DNA of 64,000 nucleotides from the human T2T-CHM13v2.0 reference genome, Homo sapiens (GCF_009914755.1 NC_060925.1); one strand, 5' to 3'. Positions 1 through 17,173 are shown, numbered from the stretch's first letter. Numbers and translations: made by a program. The notes: generated by a model from the letters alone, not told the origin.

Positions 1-178
1 GCTCTCTTGGGAACTAACAGAGTGAGAATTCACTCACTGATGCAAGAAAGGCACCAAGCCATTCATAAGAGATCCACCGCCATGACCCTAACATCTCCCA
101 TTAGGTCCCACTTCCAACATTAGCGATCAAATTTTAACATGAGGTTTGAAGGAGTCAAACATCCAAACTAAAGTAACA
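1..178 (-). mobile_element. MaLR LTR fragment (MST-like), cut by the window edge
   Basis: CTCCCATTAGGTCCCACTTCCAACA...AACATGAGGTTTG...AAACATCCAAACTA resembles the antisense 5' end of MST LTRs. Confidence 0.7.
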
Positions 179-959
179 ATATATCAATAGATCAATAAAT
201 CAATTGATGTATTTATCAACAGGAAAATAATAGGTTTCTTATTTGATTCCATTGTGATCAGAGAACTTTTTTATTATTTTAATTCTTTTACAATTTTTGA
301 GGTTTGTTTTATGGCTCAAGATACGATATATATTGGTATATGTTCCATGGGCAATTGAAAATAATACATATTCTGTTGTTTTGGGTTGGAATATTCTGTA
401 ACTGTCAAGTAGAATTTATCTGTTGATGATTTTGTTGAATTTTTCTATGGTTGCTGATTTTCTGTTGCTGTTTTTAAATCAATTATAGAGGGAGGGACAT
501 TGAAGTCCCCATCTATACTTATAGATTTGTCTTTTTCTCCTTTCATTTCTATCAGTTTTTGCCTCACATATTTTGCAGTTCCATTGTTTGGTATATACAC
601 ACTTAAGATTACTATGTCCAGTTGGTGCATTGATCCCTTTATCATTATATAATGTCTGTCTCTGCCTCTGGTAAATTTTTTTGCTCTGAAGTTAACTTAA
701 TCTGATTAGTATAGCCATTCCTACTTTCTTTTGATTAATGTTTGCATAATATACTTTTTTCCATCTTTTTGCTTTCAACCTACCTATATCTTTATACTTA
801 AGGTGAGTTTCTTGTAGATAGTACGTAGTTGAGTCATGTTTTCTCATCCACATTACTAATATGTCTTCTAATGGTATACTTGACTATTTAATTTAAAGTA
901 ATTACTGGTATGTCAGGACTTAAGTTTGCCATGTTATTTTTTATTTTCCATTTCTACTT

Positions 960-1645
960 TTTCATGTAGTTAAATTTACATAACATAAACTTTATTATTT
1001 TTAAGTGTACAGTTCTATGGTATTGAGTACATTCACACTTTTGTGTAACTGCTACCACTATCCACCCCCAGAAATGTTTTATCTTCCCCAACTGAAACGC
1101 TACACCCATCAAAGATTAACCCCCATTCCTGAACCCCTTAGCCTCTGGCAACCCCCATTTTACTTTCAGTTTCTATGAATTTGATACTCTAGATATCTCA
1201 AGTAATTGGAATCATACAGTGTTTGCCCTTTTGTGACTGACTTATTTCACTTAGCATAACATCATCAAGATTCATCCGTGTTGTAGCATGTGTCAGCATT
1301 TTCTTTCTTTTTCTAAGGCTGAATTTCACTGTATGTGTGTATAACATTTTGTTTATCCCTCCATGTGTGGATGGACATGGATTGCTTCCCTCTCTTGGCT
1401 ATTATGAGTACTGCTGCTATAAACATGCATGTACAAATATCTATTCTAGTCCCTGCTTTCAATTATTTCGGGTATATACTCAGAAATTGAATTGCTGGGT
1501 CATATGATAATTCCATGTTTGATTTTTTTTAGAAACTACCAAACCATTTTCCATAGTGACTGTACGCTCCTACATTCACATCAGCAATGCACACTTTTCC
1601 ATATCCTTGTCAACTTATTTTCTGTTTTTTAAAACTAATAATCAT
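960..1645 (-). mobile_element. L1 3' end fragment (L1MB-like) inserted in the older L1
   Basis: CCTCTGGCAACC...TTTCTATGAATTTG...CTTATTTCACTTAGCATAA...AGAAATTGAATTGCTGGGTCATATG typical of antisense L1M 3' ends. Confidence 0.75.
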
Positions 1646-2833
1646 CTTTCTGCTATTTTTTTGTTTCTCTAGTTTTCTTTTACCTGCTTTCTTATATGTT
1701 ATTTGAATATTGTAAATAATTTCCTTTTTAATTATCTGTGGTGGTTTTGAGTGTATCCTTTTAACAGAGCTTATTTAGTGTTTGCTCCAGGTATTACACT
1801 GTATAATTTCTCATAGTCTACTGGTGTAGTCATTTTACCAGTTTGAGTAAAGTATAGAAAACTTTCCATACTTTACACATCTTTACTCTTCCCTGTTTAT
1901 AATTGTTTTAAATATTTCCTCTATATTCATTTAGAACCTCATCAGATAGTGCCATTTTTTTCCCTTACAACTTCAAACATAATTCAGCTAACTAGAGGGA
2001 AGAATGAATATCTATCATATTTACCTATATTTTTGCTTACCACATTCTTTTTTCCTGCTGGTTGTCCTGATATGGAGCCGCAGGTTTTTCAGTGATGTTT
2101 AGCTAAAATAGGGTGGTTCTTGTCTAAAAGTATTCTAGCTTGATAGGCCCCTCCTTTCCTTCTTTTATTATTTTCTTTGGGTTTACATTATTTTCTTTAG
2201 CCATTCTTTTAGAGTAGATCAGTCAACAACAAATTCTGTTTGCTTTCATTTGAGAATGTCTTGATTTTCTATCATTACTGAACATTATTTGGATATAAGA
2301 TTCTGAGATTGCAGTTCTTTTCTGTCAGCACTTGCAGAAAAAATTGTGCCACTTCCTCCAGATCTCTAGTATATTTGATGAGGAATTGGCTAGCATTCAA
2401 ATTGTTTTCACCTATAGGTAATGTATTGTTTTCTCTGATTTCTTTTGAGTTTTTCTTTGTCTTTGTTCTCAGATGTTTAAGTATGGTGTCTTGACGTGTA
2501 TTGGGTTTATCCTGTTGGTGTTTGCTTAGCTTCTGGGTCGGCAGGTTTATATCATTTGCAAAATTTGGGAGATTCTCAGCTATTATTTCTTTGAGAACTT
2601 TTTCAGCCTCACTTTCTTTCTTCTCTCTCAAATGGCAATGACATGAATGTTAGATCTTTTGTTATAGCCTTACCTAGCCCTGGGGCTCTTCATGTTTTGT
2701 TTTGTTTTGTTTTGTTTTGTTTCCAGTCTATTTTCTCTCTGTATTTCAGATTGGGGAATTTCTGTTGTTTAACTTCCCATTCACTGATTCTTTCTTCTGT
2801 CCCCTCCATTCTGCTATTGATCCTATCCATGAG

Positions 2834-3120
2834 TTTTTTTTTGTTTTGAGACAGAGTTTCACTCTTGTTGCCCAGTGCAATGGCACATTCTCGGCTTACC
2901 ACAACCTCCACCTCCCAGGTTCAAGCAATTCTCCTGCCTCAGCCTCCCAAGTAGCTAGGATTACAGGAATGTGCCACCACGCCCGGCTAATTTTGTATTT
3001 TTAGTAGAGACGGGGTTTCTCCATGTTGGATAGGTGGTCTCAAACTCCCAACCTCAGGTGATCTGCCCGCCTTGGCCTCCCAAAGTGCTGGGATTACAGG
3101 CATGAGCCACCACACCTGGC
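2834..3120 (-). mobile_element. AluS
   Basis: Full dimer; TSD TGATCCTATCCAT at 2818-2830 and 3121-3133. Confidence 0.95.
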
Positions 3121-4651
3121 TGATCCTATCCATAAATTCTTAATTTTTTTATGTCTGTATGCTGCTGAAGAGTGTCTAATTTTGATCATTGCATTTTTCA
3201 GTCCTAAAATTCTCATTTGATTTTTCTCTATATGTTCTGTTTATTTGGTGAGACTTTCTGTTTCCTTGATGAGGCTCTGTTCTCTGTTTGTTCCAAACAT
3301 ATTTGTAATTATTTATGGAAACATTTCATGATGGCTGCTTTGTTAGATAATTTATCAGATTTGTTAATTTTGTAGAATCTGCTAGATAATATATTTATCA
3401 GATAATTCTAACATACCTGCCATCTTGTTTTTGGTATCTATTGATTCCCTTTTTTCCATTCAATTTCAGATCTTCCTGGTTTTCGGTAGAATGAATGATA
3501 TTTTTATTGATAATTAAACATTTTGGTTATTACATTGTGAGATTCTAGATCTTATTTATACCTTCTGTTTTAGATGGTTTCTTCGGACACTGCTTTGACA
3601 GGGAAAGTGGGTCACCACCTTGTTATTGCCAAGTGGGAGTAGAAGTCTGTGTTCCCCCTTAGCCTCCTTTGATAGTTAAAAATCCTGACTCTTCACTAGG
3701 CCTCCCCTAATACCAGTCCAGCAGGAAGGAGAGGGGCATCACATTACTGTTGGGTGGGGGTAGATAGAAGTCCAGGCTTCCAACATGGTCTCCACTGACA
3801 ACTGAAGACAACTTCATTACCACCTGATGGAGATAAAAGCTCTAGCTCCTTAATAAGCCTTCTCTGACACTATGGCAGTGGGGGAGTTGGGGACCCTCTT
3901 TATAACTGGGCAAGGGTAAAAGTCTGAACTCTCTGCTTGGCCTTTGCTGGTAGGGATGTGAGTGGAGGTACAGTTTTACCTGTGATACTTGTTGAAGTAG
4001 AGTGGTAGTTGTGTAAAAGTTTTCTGGTTTGCTAGATTCCCCTTTTCCTTGGCTTTTGTAGGAACTTTTGTGTCAGCATTTGATGGCAATTCCAGGTTGC
4101 TGGCTTCTTCATCTCTAGGTCTGGAGTATATAAAGCAAAAACAAAACGAAACAAAAACAGAAGATGAAGCAAACAACCCCAGGGAACTCACCATCATGTA
4201 ATCATGTGATTCTTTGGATCTTAAGGTCCCTGGACAGACTGCCTCCTTTTTGTCATTGTTTAGAGTCTTCTGATATTTGTTTTATATATAACTCTTGGGG
4301 GGGGGTGGTTAGTGTATCTAGTAGGAGGAATAGGTAAAAGTACATCTACTCCATGGAAACCTCGGCTTAGTTTTAACATCTGTCAGTAGGTAAGAAGGTC
4401 TTCCCTCTTTCCTTCTTCTTCATAGGAAGTAAGAGCTGGCATGTTGAGATAGCAGCAAGAATGTGAGCTTAAGTCATGTGCCTCTTATGTTAGATAAGAT
4501 AAACTTGAATAAGCCTCTTTTCCTCATTTCCTCTATGGTAAATCTTAAAAATAATATTTTAGTTGCAGCAGGGCATTAAACCAAGAGTTAAGGCTACAGG
4601 GGCCAAAGTAAATTTTTCCCATTTAACATTTCTACATTGGCAATTCAGAGT

Positions 4652-5060
4652 TTGTTGCAGGCAGCTTTTGAAATGAATCCCAACAACTCTCCCCTTGGAG
4701 TATTCATATCCTTATGCAATTCCCTACCCTTGAATGTGGGCTGGTCTTAGTGACTGACCTAGTGACTCCTCTAATAATAAAGAGCATAGGGCAAAAGTGA
4801 TTGGATGTTGCTTCTTAGATTGGGTTACAAAAGACCATGTCCCCTTTTGCTTACTCTTTCTTGCCTTGCCCATGCTGATGGAAGCCAGCTGCTATATTGT
4901 GAGCTTCTCCGTGAACAGGACCACAAGACACAGAACTAAGGATGGCCTTGGATCAACAGCCAGTGAGGAATTGAGGCCCCACAGACCAACAATCCTAAAG
5001 GAACTAGTCCCGCCAACAACCACTTGCGTGGGCTCGGAATCAGGTCTACCCCAATTCAGG
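4652..5060 (+). mobile_element. MLT1 (MaLR) LTR, MLT1F-like
   Basis: AATTCCCTACCCTTGAATGTGGGCTGG...GAAGCCAGCTGCTATATTGTGAGC...CAACAGCCAGTGAGGAATTGAGGCCC typical of MLT1. Confidence 0.7.
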
Positions 5061-5477
5061 TGCGTGTTTCTTAAGGATTCCAGAATTCTAGCTACCTTGG
5101 GGCTTATCTGACTGAATCAACACAATGTCCACATGTACAACAACAATGTGACGTTCTGCAGGATGTCCAAATGGCCTGGATCTCATCTGACTATATTATG
5201 ATGGAGGGTGGAAGAGTGAGCACAGCATTAGAGCAAAACTGTAAATGTCACATGCTGCAAATCAAATCTTAAACCAGAAGTCTGTATACATGTAGATACG
5301 TTTCTGAAGTCTAGTTTGTTCTATTTGTTTACCCTTCCACTAGTAAGTGTTAATTACTGTAGCTTAAAATAAGTTTTAATATCTTATAGGAATTATAAAT
5401 TAGGTTTTGTTCTTTTTTTATTATTCTCAACTCTCTCTATTTTCATATAAATATTAGAATCAGCTTCCCAGTTTTGA

Positions 5478-5514
5478 GACACACACACACACACACATAC
5501 ACACACACACACAC
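5478..5514 (+). repeat. (CA)n microsatellite
   Basis: About 18 CA units with one TA interruption. Confidence 0.95.
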
Positions 5515-6053
5515 GTTGTGGGATCTTTTAAAGTTGGGATTGCTTTGGATTTACATCAATTTGTGAATAGTTGACATCTTTACAACTTTGAGTCTTCTGA
5601 TCTACAAACATAACAAGTTCCTATATTTATTTAAGTTTTCTTTAATTTCTATCAATGATGTTTGGAAGTTTTCAGTGTTGAGATTACGTCTATATATTCT
5701 TAGGCATTTGATGATATTTTATACTATTGTAAGTGGTATTTAAATTTTTTTCTTTTGTTATTGGTATGCAGAAATAGAATTGCTTTCTATATTGAATAAG
5801 AATACAATGATTTATTAACATCATTTGTAAACTATAATTATCTGTAGAATTTTTGGATATGCTATTAAAATGATCATGATAATATTTTTCATTTCCAGTA
5901 TTTATTCTGTTACATATTTTTGTTGACTTGTTAAAGTCATTAATACTCCAGGACAATGTTGAATAGCAGTGGTGCAGATATGTAATCTTGTCTTGTTCCT
6001 GATCAAGGTGCAAAAGGTAGAAAAGTGAAAAGCTTTTAAAAACTCATCTTTAT

Positions 6054-6389
<336 letters not shown>

Positions 6390-7222
6390 TCACTGTAAGT
6401 TTTTGTTGATATCTTTGATCAGATTAAGGAATTTCCCTTCTTTTCCTAGTTTGATTCCAAAACAGGTGTTGTAGTTTACCAAAAGATTTTTTTATTTAAG
6501 ATAAATGCACCATTTTTCCTCCTTTTTTTCTGTTAACGTGAAAATCACATTGATAGTTTTTTTTAATATTATACCATGTTTGCAACTTCAGAATAAACTA
6601 ATTTGGTCATGATGTATTTTTCTTTTTATATAGCACTGGACTTGACTAGCTGATAGTTTATTTAAGATTTTTGCAACAATGTAAGTAAGGGTGATTGGTG
6701 TATAATTTTATTTTCAAATCCTTGTTAGGTTTTTAAAATTACAGTTTGTGTTGTTTTCTTAGCAAGACTGTTAATTTCAATCAGGTTAACCCAGCATTGT
6801 CATAAGCAGAAAACAAATAGCTCTGATATCTTCCATCTCCCAATAGCTAAAGCATAGCTCCATTACTTGAAGAAATTAACACATCCACTTATCCACAGAT
6901 AAGTTACTTTTTATCCTTCAAATCATTAACATACAAAGATGGGTTTGTGGCATAATTTTTCCTCTTCTATACTCAATTATTGAGGTGACATTTTTATTCT
7001 AATAATTTTATTTTAATTTTACTCATCACTGTGATATTAAAGGAACTAGGAGTTGAAGACAAACCTTGGCAGGGTGTCGTCTATTAAATGCCTGCTTTAG
7101 TAGAGAATATTTATAAAAGTATCAAAATGAGAAACCAGAAAGCCTGTCTTTGTCTTAATGTTGATTTTTTTCTTTTCTTTTTTTTTTTTTAAACACCAAA
7201 AGCACTATTTAATGAGAGATTA

Positions 7223-7669
<447 letters not shown>

Positions 7670-7956
7670 TCAAAGAAAATGTCTATGAAGAACTTTACAG
7701 AAGAATGTTATTGACCAGCAAGTCATAGAGGAAAGAAAAAACAAAGGGAAAGTTGGAGCGGCTGTTCACCAGCTGGTAAATGTTCCAAGTATTGATAACG
7801 TGCTGTGAATATCAGGGCTAGCTACAGAATTTTATTTTACATTTTGGGTAAGGAATTGTCTTACGTTTGATAATATATCGAAGCCCAAATTTCATTTATT
7901 TATTTATTTTTGACGGTTTTATAATCTTTATTAATGTTTTTTGTATGTTCGTTCAT

Positions 7957-8265
7957 TTGTTTGTTGTTGTTGTTTGTTTGTTTGTTTGTTTTTGAGGCAA
8001 GGTCTCACTCTGTCATCCAGGTTGGAGTGCGGTGGCACAATCATGGCTCCTTGCAGCCTCAACCATCATGGGCTGAATTGATTCCCCCACCTCTGCCTCC
8101 TGAGTAGCTGGGACTACAGGTGCACACCACCATGCCTGGCTAATTTTTGTAGAGATGGGGTTTTTGCCATGTTGTCCAGGCTGGTATCAAATTCCTAGGC
8201 TGAAGTGATCCGCCTGTCTCAGCCTCCTGAAGTGCTGGATTATGCACATGAGTCACCGTGCCTGG
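7957..8265 (-). mobile_element. AluJ
   Basis: AGGTCTCACTCTGTCATCCAGG...TCATGGCTCCTTGCAGCCTCAACC, J-type diagnostics; (TTTG)n tail. Confidence 0.9.
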
Positions 8266-8274
8266 AAAAAAAAT

Positions 8275-9460
8275 CCAATTTTAGATTCATGGGGTACATG
8301 TGCAGGATTCTTATGTGGATATATTGCGTAATGGTGAGTTTTGGGCTTTTAGTGAACCATCTCCCAAATAGTGAACATTGTACCCAATGGGCCACTTTTT
8401 AACCCTGAGCCCCCTCCCACTTTCCCACTTCTAAAGTCCCCAGTATCTATTATCTCCATCTGCATATTCATTGTTTGCTCCCATTTATAAGTGAGAACAC
8501 AGAGTATTTGATTTTCTGTTTCTGAGTTATTTCACTTAGGATAATAGCCTCCAGCCTCATCCATTGCTTCAAAGGACATGATTTCATTCTTTTTTATGGC
8601 TGCATAGTATTCCTTAGTGTATACATTTTCATTATCCAATCAACCATTGATGAACACTTAGGTTGATTCCATGACTTTGTTATTGTGAATAATGCTGCAA
8701 TCAACTTATGATTGCAGGTATCTTTTGATAAAATGATTTCTTTTCCTTGGGTAGATACCCAGTAGTGGGATTCCTGGGCCAAATGATAGCTCTATTTTCA
8801 GTTCTTTGAGAAATCTCCATGCTGTTTTCCATAAGGGTTGAGCTAATTTACATTCCCACCAACAGCATGTAAGTGTTTCCATTTCTCTGTATCCTCACTG
8901 ACATATTTATTTTTTGACCTTCTAATAATAGCCAATCTAACTGATATGAGATGGTGCTTTCTTGTACTTGTATTTGTATTTCTCTGGTGATTAGTGATGT
9001 TGAGCATTTTTTCATATATTTGTTGGCTGGTTGTATGTCTTCTTTTGAGAAGATCCTTTGCCCACTTTTTAATGAGGTGGTTTGTTTTTTTTTCTTGTTG
9101 ATTTGTTTGAATTCCTTATAGATCCTGGATATTCGTCCTTTGTTAGAGGTATAGTTTGCAAATATTTTGTCCCATTCTGTATGGTGTCTATTTACTCTGT
9201 TGATGTTTCTTTTGCTGTACAGAAGCTCTTCAGTTTAATTAAGTTCCATTGCCTTTTTTTTTATTGTTGTTATTGCATGTACTTTTGAGGTCTTAGTCAT
9301 AAGTTCTTTGCCTAGGCCAAACTCTAGGCCAAGAGTTTTCCCTAGGTTTTCTTTTAGAATTTTTATGGTTTCAGGACACACATTTAAGTCTTTAATCCAT
9401 CTGGAGTTAATTTTTGTACATGGTGAGAGATATGGGTCCAGTTTCATTCTTCTGCATATG
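8275..9460 (-). mobile_element. L1 3' end (L1PB/L1MA-like)
   Basis: ORF 9235-9471(-) [26 protein letters not shown] and 8594-8782 IAALFTITKSWNQPKC match the ORF2p C-terminus. Confidence 0.9.
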
Positions 9461-10374
9461 AAAGCCCACATTTTGGCTGAGAATCAAGGTACTATGGTAT
9501 TTCCTTGTCCCTGTTCCCAGTTTTTCCTTTCTTTAATTATCTAATTCTTGTATTTTTTTTTTTTTCACCGTAAGTAAAAGACTGTCAGAGCCCAAATATC
9601 ACTAGTCTCTAATTCCTGGAAATCTGTGCTCATTCAGTCAGTGAACATCAGTTGTCAGCCAGGTCTGTGCTGGCTCCTCATGGAATGATAATAACACTTA
9701 TTTGTCAATGCCAAGCACAATTTCTCCAGATCATCTGCAAAGCCTTTTATTAGAAAGTTTAAAATTGCCTGAAGTCTGCTATCACAAATAGGTGAGGCAT
9801 TTATTAGCTGCCAAGATCTTCTTATTTGGGAATCACTGGGCTTTTGAAAAAGAGAAAAAATGTAGCAAATTGCCATGGCCCAATCTATGTTCCAATGTCT
9901 TAGAAGTTAAACCCTCCAGATGAGACAGCACTAACCAATTTCACTTATCAGTCTGGTCTGATGTCCTTATCCAAACAAATTCCTTCAAGCTTAGGTTATG
10001 CCACTTAAAATAAAGAGTCAATTCTATCAGCTAAAAGCCTATGATGCAGTAAAGTCTGCTTAATAGTTTAGTGTAGACATACTCATTATTACATGTGTAA
10101 TTGCCTTTTGAAACCAGAAAACATGTCTTCACTGGTTTTTAATTCACATTCAAAAAACTCAAAATTCATAAAATAGATAAAAATCAAGTAGATAATCCTT
10201 TGCCTTACAAAAACATTAAGCTTTTGAGTTATTTTAAATAGATATATTTGCTTTTTGGTTTTGGATTGCATTAAAGATGTTAACCACTGACAGGAAGGCA
10301 CAAGGCCACTGCAGCTTCCAGGGGGTGGAGAGTCAGAGAAGTTACTGCTAAGGGAAAGTTAATCAACATGACGA

Positions 10375-11320
<946 letters not shown>

Positions 11321-11389
11321 AAGATAGAGCAGACCCAAAATCAACTCTTAGGTATATGATGATAAATTTATAATAATAATGGTAACAAT

Positions 11390-11790
11390 GAACCTTCCTA
11401 AAACACAATCTGATCCTGTATCCCTTTGATTTAAAACATATTAGTGTCTTCTATCAGTTACAGAATTTGGCAGTAGTTCCATTGGCTTGGTGTGGAGCGC
11501 CTTCATTAGTGGCGGCCGGGGTTTCGAGCCATGCCTTCCACTGCTTTCTTATTCCCCCACATTTCCAACTTGTGGCTCCCTCAAATTGCAATGCGGTTTC
11601 GTACCTCTGACTATTGCACAGACTCTCACATCTGCCTGGGCCGCCTCTCCTAACTTTCCTTCATCTCATGTCTCTGTCTCTTCCCTCCTCTACTGCTAAA
11701 GTACATCTTGTTCTCATGGTAAACTCCTACACATTGTAGCCAGTTGTTCTATCTTTTGTAAGCACCCAATACATGTTTGTTGGATTAACA
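11390..11790 (+). mobile_element. L2 3' fragment
   Basis: CCTTCCTAAAACACAATCTGATC at the start; ends GCACCCAATACATGTTTGTTGGATT (L2 3' terminus). Confidence 0.5.
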
Positions 11791-12509
11791 TAAAAAGGCA
11801 CACAAGTGAATCAATCCCAATTGTATAAACTCTCATAGTCCTGAATTTAAAATTCTCATAACTAGGTATTTAAAACTGAAGTCTAATTTAGAGCCTTCAA
11901 TAAAAAATAATGAAATAAATGTAATTTAATACTGTGTTTTCAGAGCTTATTTGAATTTTCCACAGCAAACCTCTTAAAATGTCTTATTTTGTTAATTGGG
12001 GAAGTCAGGCTACCAAGCCCACTATGATTTACTGAAATGCTCCAATTTTATGGCTTTCTCAATACTGACTAGACTCTTTTTTTCTCTTTTTTTAAATACC
12101 ATCAATTACATAAATCTAGACCTGAGTGAGCTTGGAAAATTTCCAGGCATATCAACCATCTGGCTTTACTATATACAGTTCCAGAATCTTGGGAAGATTG
12201 AAGAGAATGTAAAATAGGGTCACTTTCCAGTAATTTCAAGTTGAGCTGAATCAAGGAGGATAATGCTGTCTTCTTGACCTTGCTCCCTGTGGGTAATTCA
12301 TAATATGCTGTGCTGGTGATGACCCAAGACTATTTGGAATCCAATATTTCAAGGAATGCGGTTTGAACAATAAGTATATCAGTGCTTCTCTCAGAAAGAG
12401 AGAAGGGGAGTAGTGATTAAAAAAATCGTTTGTAAAAGAAGAGGGAGAGAAATGAAGACATGCAGGTGGAGATGCTGTAGATCTTATTGCCTACCTAAAT
12501 TTATATTTT

Positions 12510-12816
<307 letters not shown>

Positions 12817-13034
12817 CCTAAATTTCTATTCTAAAAGCAACCAGATCAACGGCAGCAGTCCTGTACTTGAGTAACCAAACAAAGAGATCATTTTAGATTA
12901 GTAGCATCACAAGCAGCTTGATTAACTCACGGTTTGACTTGGTGAAGGTAAAGGTATGTTTCCTTCTATTACATATCTCTTTGGTATTTCCAGATTACTC
13001 TATGCTATAAGTGTTATCCATTCATTGTTTCAGT

Positions 13035-13594
<560 letters not shown>

Positions 13595-13899
13595 TAGACA
13601 TGGTCCTCTCCACCCGTCATCTTTGAAACAAAGACATAATGCACGTGCCTAACACAGTGCCTGGTACATAAGAGCTACTTGCCATGTGTGTTTCTTCTTG
13701 CCAGCTTTGAAAAGCAAATGCAGGTGGCCAGGTAGGAAAAAATAAATAAATAAAACTCTTTCTTATTAGCATATGGCAGACTCTTGGAGGGAAATGGCTT
13801 CCATCAAACAAATAGGACATTTATCACCTAAGAGAAAGATCTGTGTTAATAAGACCCTTAAAATTTTTATTGATATTGGATGTTTACAATGATAGAATG

Positions 13900-14073
13900 G
13901 GGAGCTGAAAACACCCTAGGAGATGATGTAATCCATTCCCTCCTTATGTAATCCATGAGAAAATGAAGGCCCTTGGGAGTGAAGCAACTAGCCACAAGTT
14001 CACACTGATGGCTGAGCAGGAGACAAAATGCAGGTCTCCTGTCCTCTAATCTGGGGTTCTTCCCATGATACCA
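13900..14073 (-). mobile_element. MIR
   Basis: CATGAGAAAATGAAGGCCC...GTGAAGCAACTAGCCACAAGTTCACAC...CAGGTCTCCTG core. Confidence 0.6.
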
Positions 14074-14422
14074 AATTGCTCTAATACTAACTTACATAAA
14101 GTAGAAAGAAAAAGGCCTTCTTATCACCCATGTACTACATCACTTATCACCTACATAGATGATTCTTACCTAGATATATTTTCCCCTAAAAACCAAGAGA
14201 AAAGGACATTACTTCTAAATGTTTTTTTAATGTGAGTTGTTTTTGGAAGAAATTCGAGAGAGGAAGATAGCTGTGTGATCAACTTATATCTCACATGATT
14301 ACAGATTTTAGCATGATCTCAAAGGTGAAGCATTTAATAATTAGCGGTCCCGAAGCTCTATCTCCAGCATATAAGGTGCTAGTTATCTGATGAGGCTAAA
14401 ATTTGTACTTTTCTTTAAATAT

Positions 14423-14781
14423 TGTATTAGTCCATTTCCACACTGTTGATAAAGACAAACCTAAGACTGGTAATTCATAAAGAAAAAGAGGTTTAATGGA
14501 CTCATGGTTCCATATGGCTGGGGAGGCCTCACACTCATGGCAAAAGGTGAAAGGCACTTCTCACACGGCGTGGGCAAGAGAGAGAATGAGAGCCAAGTGA
14601 AAGGGGTTTCTCCTTATAAAACCATCAAATCTCGTGAGACTTCACTACCACGAGAACAGTATGGGGAATATCGCCCCCATAATTCAATTATCTCCCACTG
14701 GGTTCCTCCCACAACACATAGGAATTATGGGAGCTACAATTCAAGATGAGATTTGGGTGGGGACAGAGCCAAGCCATATCA
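14423..14781 (-). mobile_element. THE1 solo LTR (MaLR)
   Basis: TGTATTAGTCC...GCCATATCA termini; 5-bp TSD AATAT/AACAT. Confidence 0.92.
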
Positions 14782-14959
14782 AACATCCACAAGGGAGCCT
14801 GAGGTATGAGAATTGTTTTAGAGCAGAGAACCTCACTTAGGAGTAGGTAGGCAAATGATCTTCAAAGGATTGTAAGCCACTGCCAGGGGAGGGTTAGCCC
14901 CAAAAGCTGATAATGTATTTCTGAAATTATGCTTATTGGAGGCAGAGAAGAGTCTTAAT

Positions 14960-15150
14960 AACAGTGAGTTTTCTGGAGTAGGAAAGACTGGAGTCTGAAT
15001 TCCAGCTCTATGTCATTTACTACTTTATCTTGGGCAATATTTAAAAGCTTCAAAGCTCAAATTTCCAAAATTTTTAAGTGAGTATGATAATAAAAATTTG
15101 TATGAAGTATTCATCACAGCGCTGGGCATTATTGAGGATAAATTGTTGAA
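14960..15150 (+). mobile_element. MIR
   Basis: AGACTGGAGTCTGAATTCCAGCTCTATGTCATTTACTAC...CTTGGGCAA. Confidence 0.55.
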
Positions 15151-15624
15151 AATTTTAGTTGCAAAATATTCCATATGCATAGAAATTTCTAGGAAAAGAC
15201 CTATTCAGTCAAGTCAAGTTCCACTCAGCAGGAACTAAATTATACATGATCTCCTGGAAGGTAAGGAGCCCTAGAAACTGAGTTTCTGTGTGTAGATGGC
15301 TCAACCTGTTGCTGAACACACAGCAGGTGATTTAAGGACAATTACTGATGTCATGCGTTCCTCTTATCTTTTCCTCCACAAAACTCTAGTCTCTATCACA
15401 AGCAGAACGGACCTCAAGCTCCTTAATTTGACCTTCTAGACTGGCCTCTTCTGACCTTACCTTTGTTTCTTTAATGTCCTTGGAGAGCGTCATGTGTAAA
15501 AGCCTCATCTTCCAGGAGTCCTTCTCTACCAGATAAGGGATGAGAAGGTATCATTTCCTCTCAGAATCTCAGCACCTCTGGATCTGCACGTTCTCCAGTG
15601 CCCTCATGGGTGGGAAACATGGCT

Positions 15625-15924
15625 ATATATATATATTTTGAGACAAGGTCTCACTCTGTTGCCCAGGCTGGAGTGCAGTGATGCAATCATGGCTCACTGC
15701 AGCCTTAACATCCTGAGATCAAGTGATCCTCTCACCTCAGCCTCTCGAGTAGCTGGTTCTACAGGAATGTGCCACCACACCTGGCTAATTAAAAAAATTT
15801 TTTTTGTAGAGATGGGGTCTCACTATATTGCCCAGGCTGGTCTCAAACTCCTAAGCTCAAGTGATGCTCCCACCTCAGCCTCCCAAAGTGTTAGGATTAC
15901 AGGCGTGAGCCACCATGCCGGGCC
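15625..15924 (-). mobile_element. AluJ
   Basis: Dimer, (TA)n-converted tail. Confidence 0.92.
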
Positions 15925-16291
15925 AGGGCTGTATTTTAAGTACAGTCTCATTTTACTACAGTTAACTTTTCTTTTTAAAAATATGTATATTCCATCTATT
16001 ACCTGCCATGCCTAAGTAGAAGCTACACATCTCAGGAAGCAGCTCACAGGCCCATGAACATTGAAGAGCTCTGTCCTTGCCTTCTGAGCACAGCTGCCAG
16101 AAAGGGGAGGGAAAAGAGAAGAAATTCAGTGTCCTATTTTTTGGGATTCTGAAGAAAAATTCCTGGGAAACCCACTTAATGCTGAATATTCTTGGAAAGG
16201 GCATCAATGAGTCATATTCACAACATCTGAAGAAAAACTGTTCCGTGAATCCAAAGAATGTACAAGTTGGTCAGAAGGCAAAAGAAAATAA

Positions 16292-16700
<409 letters not shown>

Positions 16701-16864
16701 TGTTTTATGTACGTTTTTACTTCCCGACTTTCCACTTCTGTCTCAGAGAACCTGAAAACCAACATTGGCTTAATATCTTTGTTCCCACAAGAAAGAAGCT
16801 AATAAATGAGTCTCGGTTGTTTAGGGATTTAAAGCTAAGTCAAGCTTTAAATGGTAGTGGTCTT

Positions 16865-17173
<309 letters not shown>

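Larger units (their letters stand above)
233..4355 (-). mobile_element. Old L1 (L1M-type) 5' half: 5'UTR, ORF1 and start of ORF2, decayed; interrupted by another L1 3' end and an Alu
   Basis: ORF 445-645(-) IKGSMHQLDIVILSVYIPNN...GDFNVP matches the L1 ORF2p endonuclease domain; ORF 2275-2631(-) EIIAENLPN...VLTEKNCNLRILYP and 2690-2830 INSRMEGTEERISE match ORF1p. Confidence 0.85.

Noticed and set aside
445-2911. L1 ORF1/ORF2 peptides as functional genes
   Set aside because: Short fragments broken by stops, frameshifts and insertions
11496-11520. CTCF-like GCGCCTTCATTAGTGG
   Set aside because: Spacing is off by two bases from the core and it lies within a probable L2 remnant
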